From Malacoraja senta (lineage: Eukaryota): a DNA stretch of 28,595 nt. Both the position numbers and the translations under genes were made by a program. Positions 22,674-28,595 of this stretch are shown one piece after another. Where the stretch lies: contig JAXLNO010000597.1 in NCBI GenBank assembly GCA_038087875.1, positions 62,001-90,595 on the forward strand. Reading direction: 5' to 3'. Under the pieces are notes generated by a model that did no database searches, was not told the DNA's origin, and worked only from the letters and a program-made list of their open reading frames with translations. How positions within the stretch are numbered: the first letter of the stretch is position 1; each line of letters starts with the position of its first letter.

Positions 22674-22820
22674 TCTCCTCCGTCTCCTCCCGTTTCCCCC
22701 TTTCAGGTTCGTCTGCCCCCATCGGTGCCTCTTCCTCCTGCCGGAAGGGAGGATGGCGAGACGCGAACCCGGTCGGGACGTCTTGTCAAACCGCCTGTCC
22801 GCTATGGCGATTTTGTTTAA
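21246..22820 (+). CDS. Intact integrase-containing ORF (second copy of the duplication, with native pol C-terminus)
   Basis: HRGH..CSTC zinc finger, ADIF/SDNG/LAERAV catalytic residues, Pro-rich tail, and TRSGRLVKPPVRYGDFV end. Expression is unsupported. Confidence 0.7.
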   Translation: MFVADTLSRAPLTSTVRHPYEMSDLMVLQMNIVPSKQMKSLVEHTANDPALQQLSAVIQRGWPDRRSALPAGAVPYFLVRDELVLHDGVVVKGHKVVVPAALHDHYFQVAHRGHPGAEATVSLARSQFYWPGMAKYIRERVSSCSTCNSLAPHQQRQPLLQQPAPELPWMALAADIFEWRGKHFLVLVDSYSSWFVVDRLHYLTSSAIIDRLYPHFGTFGPPASLQSDNGSQFTSSEFKAFASRWNFRHFTSSPEYPQSNGLAERAVRSAKHRLEQCGGINSDFHLALLNLRNISRDSAMGSPAQRLMSRATRLPLPVAQRSLIPSVLPPAAVQKRIAFRHDVQKRSHDRSCHPLPRLFPGQVVRMQTTSGHSKLATVVDSAGSPRSYLVDHTGAIYRRSRQHLRLVNEPRPPAADPFAPPLPASRPGVDLPVLPNMQRSTPPQLLPSHPAPTSPRSPARALPAPDPASPPGLVPRSPPSPPVSPFQVRLPPSVPLPPAGREDGETRTRSGRLVKPPVRYGDFV

Positions 22821-22877
22821 CTGTCCTAGCGCATGAGCCGTGGTCGCCCTGTCACCATTGTATTTGCCTGTCGTTTC

Positions 22878-22889
22878 GAAGGGGAAGGA
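22878..22889 (+). promoter_or_regulatory. Polypurine tract
   Basis: GAAGGGGAAGGA immediately precedes the 3' LTR. Confidence 0.9.
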
Positions 22890-23093
22890 TGTAGATGATA
22901 TATGCATGTGCCTTTAACATAGTGACCTCATACCTACTAACCACTCCCCATATCACAATTATAACTACAACCTCCCCACCCACAGATCGCTCTCTAGTTC
23001 CTGTGACAAACCACGTACAGCTAGTGCAATATGTAATGCTCCAGTATGAATAAAGATAGTAAAGTAACGATGCCTCGTTATAGATTCTTTACA
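22890..23093 (+). repeat. 3' LTR (204 bp)
   Basis: Direct repeat of the 5' LTR, followed by the CAAAT TSD. Confidence 0.97.
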
Positions 23094-23870
23094 CAAATGG
23101 CCACCAGAACTCTTTTGCGAAAAATAAGATGAGACCTTCTTACATTCAAAAGAAGTTACACATTAAACTCCAATGGTGATGATTTTGATGAATGTTGAAT
23201 ATATGAACCATTAATATATAGATAAAACAATTTTTCCTACTCTGATTCTATTAAAAGACGTTATTTACATGTGGCTTTTTGTCCATTAATATTTTTATTT
23301 TCAATGATAACAAAATGTCTCCTCAATGCTGAAAAATGAAGAAAAGAAACAAAACTCCAGACATTGGTTCCTAAGGTTTAGTAGGTTTTTTTTCCCCACA
23401 GTTTCTGCAAATCATGATGTCCATTCAATCCAAAGTGAGCCTAATTTATCACCTGCACAAGTTCAACTGCACTTTAGTGGAATGTCGTATCATGCACTTT
23501 CATTAAGTCCACAGTCAATGATATTTTCAAGGTATGATCATTTCTGGATTTTTTTGCCAGCTTTCTCGATGCTGTAAGTCAGTTACTTACAAGTTTGGCT
23601 TTGAGTCATACAGCAGAGAAACACGCCCTCCTGCCCACCAGATCAGAGCCAACCATCAATTTAACCTCAGTGTGAACAGGAGCAAGGTCTTGAAGGTGAT
23701 TTTGTTACAGCAGGCCTTGGACCGCAATGTACAGAATGGAACGATGTTATGGACGGGACTCACTGCGAGTGCAGGGATCTGGTAATCGTGGGAACTTGCA
23801 TGCCCAGGGGATAGCCAGAAGGTGCTAACCCCAACTGATTCATCCTGATGAGATATTGCACCGTAACGTC

Positions 23871-24166
23871 GGCAGCACGGTGGCGCAGCGGTAGAGTTGC
23901 TGCCGTACAGCGCTTAGAGACTACGGGTGCTGTCAGTACAGAGTTTGTACGTTCTCCCCATCATCGTGTGGGTTTTCTCCGAGATCTTCGGATTTCTCCT
24001 GCACCCCAAAGACATACAGGTTTGTAGGTTAATTGGCTTGGTATAAATGTAAAATTGATCCTGGCGCGCAGGATAGTGTAAAGGTGCGCGGATCATTGGT
24101 CTGTGCGGACTCAGTGGGCCGAAGGGCCTGTTTTAGTGCTGTCTCGCTAAACTAAATTAATCTAAA
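23871..24166 (+). mobile_element. tRNA-derived SINE (B-box region deleted)
   Basis: ggcagcacggtggcgcagcggtagagttgctgcc head, family body, and ctaaactaaa tail. Confidence 0.88.
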
Positions 24167-25145
24167 TTTGTGGCCTTGTGTTCGATCCATGCCCCTTCCT
24201 CTGAAGGAACAACCTTCCTAATCATAGACTGAGAATCCAAAATGCCAGTCCCAGAACCCAATGTGTAAACAATGTGTAAACAGGCAGTGAATGCAGGGAA
24301 AGTGAGAGGGTATTTTTTTTTACAAATGTAGTTGTTTCCCCACTATCTATCTCCAGATGCTCTGCAATACAATGACAGCAGATTATATTTTTGCATTGTA
24401 GAAAAGTCTGTTAGTCAAGGAAATCCAGGTGGTAGGTAAAATGCATAACATGCTCTCATGGGTAGTCAGAAACTTGGCTCTTGTAGACATACAACACAGT
24501 CAGGGAATTCTTATGCAGATTGATATAGTGGAACAGTGAGTTATAGGAGCAAAACAAAGCACTGGAAGAACTCAGTGGGTCTGGCAGCATCTGTGGAGGG
24601 AACAGACAGGTGAGATTTGGGGTCAGGATCGTTCATCCTCCACAGACTGATGGAGTAGGGCGGGGAGAGATGGCAAAGAGAGGTAGGGTTGGGCAAAGCC
24701 TAGCAAGTAATCGGTTGATACAGGTGAGGGTAGTGTTTGATTGAGAATGGGTGGAGTAAGTGACAAAGGCTAGAAATAAAAAGGGTGTCAGGGAGGAAAG
24801 AGGAGGCGTGCAATGTAAACCCAGTAGGGGGGGGGGGTACAGGAGGAAGGAGACAGGGGTTGCCAACAAAGGTGGAATTAAAGGAAAAGGGGTCTCGCTA
24901 ATAGGAGGTGAGCATACAAAGGAGGGGAAAGGTGCTGAATGCCGGTTGCATTGAATGCTCCATGTTCCAAACGAACCCTAGCACTATTCCTGACTCTTTC
25001 TTTGCCACATCGCCAACTGCATCCAGACTATCTCCTGTACCCAAATGAATTCTTCCTCTCCTCAAATTCACTAAGACTATCTCTGATACCTCACTCCCCT
25101 TCTCCAACCTCTTTGTCTCCATCACAGGCTACAGACTAACAACCA

Positions 25146-25370
25146 ACAATAGACAATAGGTTCAGGAGTAGGCCATTTGGCCCTTCGAGCCAGCACCGCC
25201 ATTCAATGTGATCATGGCAGATCATCCACATTCAGTGCCCCGTTCCTGCCTTCTCCCCATATCCCCTGACTCCGCTATCTTTAAGAGCCCTGTCTAACTT
25301 TCACTTGAAAGCATCCAGAGAACCGGCCTCCACCGCCTTCTGAGGCAGAGAATTCCTTCTGAGGCAGAGA
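25146..25370 (-). mobile_element. CR1 3' fragment nested in Penelope
   Basis: acaatagacaataggttcaggagtaggccat...; minus translation NSLPQKAVEAGSLDAFK. Confidence 0.88.
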
Positions 25371-25597
25371 AAACATTTATTATAAATCCACAGACTCCCA
25401 CAACTACCGTGACTGCACCTTCCAAGCTGCCTCTCGCCAGGATGCCATCCCCTATGTTCAATTTGTCTATCTTTGCTGCATCTGCTCACACGATAAGGCT
25501 TTCCACTCTGGGATATCCAAGTTGTCCTCTTTCATAAGTAAATGCAGCTTCTCCCATGCTGTTTGTTGTGGATGGTCCTCATCTGGATCTGTATCCT

Positions 25598-25795
25598 GTA
25601 GTTTAGGTTAGAGATACAGTGCGGAAACAGGCCCTTCGGCCCACCGGGTCCGCACCAACCAGCGCTCCCCACACATTAACATTATCCAACAACCACTAGG
25701 GACAATTTTTACATTTACCAAGCCAATTAACTTACAGACCTGTACAGCTTTGGAGTGCGGGAGGAAACCGAAGATCTTGGAGAAAATCCACGCGA
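25598..25795 (-). mobile_element. 5'-truncated SINE nested in Penelope
   Basis: tagtttaggttagagatacagtgcggaaacaggcccttcggccc is the reverse complement of the SINE 3' half. Confidence 0.85.
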
Positions 25796-26738
25796 GGTGG
25801 ATTCTGCTCTCGCTCCCCGTCTCCCCAGAAGGAACAAGGATATATTTAGTTGCCCCTGCTATTTACCGTTCACTCCACCAGCCTCCTCATCGAACACATT
25901 ATGTTTGGACATCTCTGGCAACATCACCGCGATCCTGCCGCCAGTCACATATTCCTGATCCCACCACTTTCCACAGTCCATAGAGATCACTCTGTCCACA
26001 ACTCCTTGGTTTGTTCACCCCTTACCACACCCATCTCCCTTTCCCGCAGGCATTTTCCCTTGCATCTGCAGGAGAGTTAACACCTTCTTCTACACCTCCT
26101 CACTCACGTATAATCCAGGGTACTCAGTAACCCTTCCTGGTGAGGTAGAGATTCGAATACATATCTTCCAACCTTGTCTACTGCTTTATATCGGTAAGAC
26201 AAAGTGCAGGCGACAGTTTCACCAAACACTTTTGCTCTTCTCTCAAGGCCTGTTGTAGCTCCTCTTCCCATTCCCATGCCGACCTTTCTGTCCTTGGCCT
26301 CCTCCATTGCCAGGGCGAGGCCAGATGCAAGCTAGTAGAACATCACATCATATTCCACCTGGGTAGATTCCTATCCAACAATATGAACATTGAATTCTCA
26401 AATTCCATGTAATAACCTCCCCCCACCCCCCTCTCTCCCCCCTCCCCCTAAACCTACATGCACACATTTCTCCCACCATCTCTCACCACCCATGTCACCT
26501 TGCTCCATTCCCTTCCCCTGTTCACTCATTTCCTATTTCCGAGTCATTTCACTCATTTCCATTCCCCTTTTATCCCCTTCCACCCAGATCCTTCTCACTG
26601 ACTTTACAATATACACCTCCTCTTCTGTCTATCAGATACCTATTAGACTCCTTTTCACATCTAGCCTTTGTTACTAACTCTACCCACCTACCACTCAATC
26701 CAACCTCACCTCTATCCACCTATCACTTGCCAGGTTTT

Positions 26739-27262
26739 ACAGACAATAGACAATTGGTGCAGGAGTAGGCCATTCAGCGCTTCAAGCCAGCACCGCCATT
26801 CACTGTGATCATGGCTGATCATCCACAATCAGTATCCCATTCCTGCCTTCTCCCCATATCCCTTGATTCCGCTATCTTTAAGAGCTCCTTCTAACTCTCT
26901 CTTGAAAGCATCCTGAGAATTGGCCTCCACTGCCTTCTGAGGCAGAGAATTCCACAGACTCACCACTCTCTGTGAGAAAAAGTGTTTCCTCGTCTCCGTT
27001 CTAAATGGCTTACCCCTTATTCTTAAACTGTGGCCCCTGGTTCCGGACTCCCCCAACATCGGGAACATGTTTCCTGCCTCTAGTGTGTCCAATACCTTAA
27101 TAACATTCCCCCTCATCCTTCTAAATTCCAGTGTATACAAGCCCAGTCGCTCCATTCTTTCAACATATGACAGTCCAGCCATCCTGGGAATTAACCTCGT
27201 GAACCTACGCTGCACTCCCTCAATAGCAAGAATGTCCTTCCTCAAATTTGGAGACCAAAACT
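26739..27262 (-). mobile_element. CR1 ORF2 C-terminal fragment plus 3' UTR nested in the Penelope 3' region
   Basis: QFWSPNLRKDILAIEGVQRRFTRLIP...TRGHSLRIRGK...FFSQRVVSLWNSLPQKAVEA; possible GTTTT TSD. Confidence 0.93.
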
Positions 27263-27800
27263 GTTTTGTTCCACCCCCACCTCTCATTTCTAGCTTTCTT
27301 CCCAGAACTCCATCAGTCTGAAGAAGGGTCTTGATCCAAAACAGTATGAGTCCATTCCCTCTACAGATGCTGCTTGACCTGCTATGTTCCTTCGCCAGTT
27401 TTTTTTCTTTACATTTTAAGTTTATTCTGTTTTCTATTTTAAAGAAAGCAGTGTTCCGCCTGAATTTCTCGCCCGTGTTATTTTTTATACAAATAGGAAT
27501 CAAGAAAGTTATTGTGGGAAATTGGCAACAGAAAGCAAATCAAACAGGTTCCATAATGTATGCAAAGCAAGAAGCTACCTCCACACTAGCTGGCAAATTA
27601 AAGAGAGCAACCCTTGAAGTGCCCTGCTTGAATGAAGGCTGCAAGTAACTCTTGACAATGCTATATTCATCTGTACATGCATCTTGCAGATGGAGCCGAT
27701 CAAAGCACCTAATTAGTCACTAGGAATATGTTATGTGTGGAGAAATAGAACACCAGATCTTGCAGAAGCAGAGTTCTCTCCATTTGTGCTCAGGGCAGTG

Positions 27801-28293
27801 GTGAGGCAGGTCCAGACAGAGGTTCACTTGCACCTCCTCCAACCTCATCTACTGCATCCTCAACTCCTGTACATCGGCAAGACCAAACGCAGGCTTGACG
27901 ATCGTTTCCCTGAACACCTCCACTCAGTCTGCTCAGCACTTTAACTCCCCCTCCCATTCCCAATCTGACCTTTCTGTTCTGGGCCTCCTCCATTGTCAGA
28001 GTGAGGCCCAGAGCAAATTGGAGGAACATCACCTCATATTTTGCTTGTGTAGTTTACACCCCAGCGGTATGAACATATGAACTTCAAATAGCCCTTGCTT
28101 TCCCTCTCTCTTCTTCCCCTCCCCTTTCCCACTTCTCCCACCAGCCTTACTGTCTCCAGCTACATTCTATCTCTGTGCCGCCCCCTCCCCTGACATCAGT
28201 TTGAAGGAGGGTCCTCGACCAGAAACGTCACCCATTCCTTCTCCCCAGAGATGCTGCCTGTCCGGCTGAGTTGCTCCAGCATTTTGTGTCTAC
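27801..28293 (+). mobile_element. Penelope-like 3' fragment (GIY-YIG plus 3' terminus) with 12-bp TSD
   Basis: LLYIGKTKRRLDDRFPEHL and AQHFNSPSHS..KLEEHHLIFCL; flanked by CTCAGGGCAGTG (27789-27800) and CTCAGTGCAGTG (28294-28305). Confidence 0.88.
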
Positions 28294-28595
28294 CTCAGTG
28301 CAGTGATCCTGGTATAAAGCATACTGCATGTTTTTTGTACAAACTACTATACAAACTACTATTCAAATAGCACATCTTCAATAACACATCTCAGTTTTCT
28401 TTGTGGATCTGATCATTATTTCTATTTGTCAAAAGCTGGTGGACTGGGAATTGCAATGGGACCATTGCAAATCTGCCACTTATTTTGAAAAGGAAACTGC
28501 AATTTGGGCAGTTACTAAATATACCTAACCAATTTTAAAGTCTGCAATATCATAATTCTGTTTCCATACATAACACAGCATCGCTTACTGCCAGT

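Larger units (their letters stand above)
16904..23093 (+). mobile_element. Full-length Ty3/Gypsy LTR retrotransposon (Mag-clade-like) with internal tandem duplication
   Basis: TG...CA LTRs, 5-bp TSD CAAAT (16899-16903 and 23094-23098), PBS, PPT, and gag-PR-RT-RH-IN domain order. Confidence 0.97.
24550..27405 (+). mobile_element. Decayed Penelope-like element (RT plus GIY-YIG remnants) with inverted terminal copy and three nested insertions
   Basis: Remnants resembling FTKTISDTSLPF (about 25065-25100), IYYKSTDSHNY (about 25373) and KLVEHHIIFHLG..MNIEFS (about 26330-26400); 24550-24930 is an inverted copy of the 3' region at 26410-27405. Confidence 0.75.

Noticed and set aside
20055..22836. 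Long alternative-frame and antisense ORFs (277, 314 and 160 aa) over the integrase
   Set aside because: Expected shadows of GC-rich coding sequence, with no recognisable motifs; they repeat only because of the duplication.
26829..27503. 224-aa minus-strand ORF as a host gene
   Set aside because: It is the CR1 ORF2 C-terminus read through from a Penelope terminus and flanking DNA.

Overview
Eukaryotic, repeat-dominated DNA, intronic or intergenic. The repeat inventory resembles a cartilaginous fish, probably a skate or ray (inference): tRNA-headed SINEs with (CTAAA)n tails, CR1, Rex1/Babar, Penelope-like elements, and Harbinger and hAT MITEs. No host protein-coding gene or RNA gene could be confidently identified, and most short ORFs in the track are transposon debris. 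The main feature is a young, structurally complete Ty3/Gypsy LTR retrotransposon (16904-23093) with 204-bp LTRs differing at 3 sites and a CAAAT target-site duplication (TSD). Its integrase region is tandemly duplicated (1436 bp, 1 difference seen), and the junction is a locally templated inverted insertion. Also notable: hammerhead-ribozyme-like motifs at Penelope-derived termini, a 204-bp hairpin element with a perfect 11-bp TSD, several nested insertions, and weak candidate exons. I found no clearly new biological system. The best leads are the duplication junction and the hairpin/hammerhead-like mini-elements.
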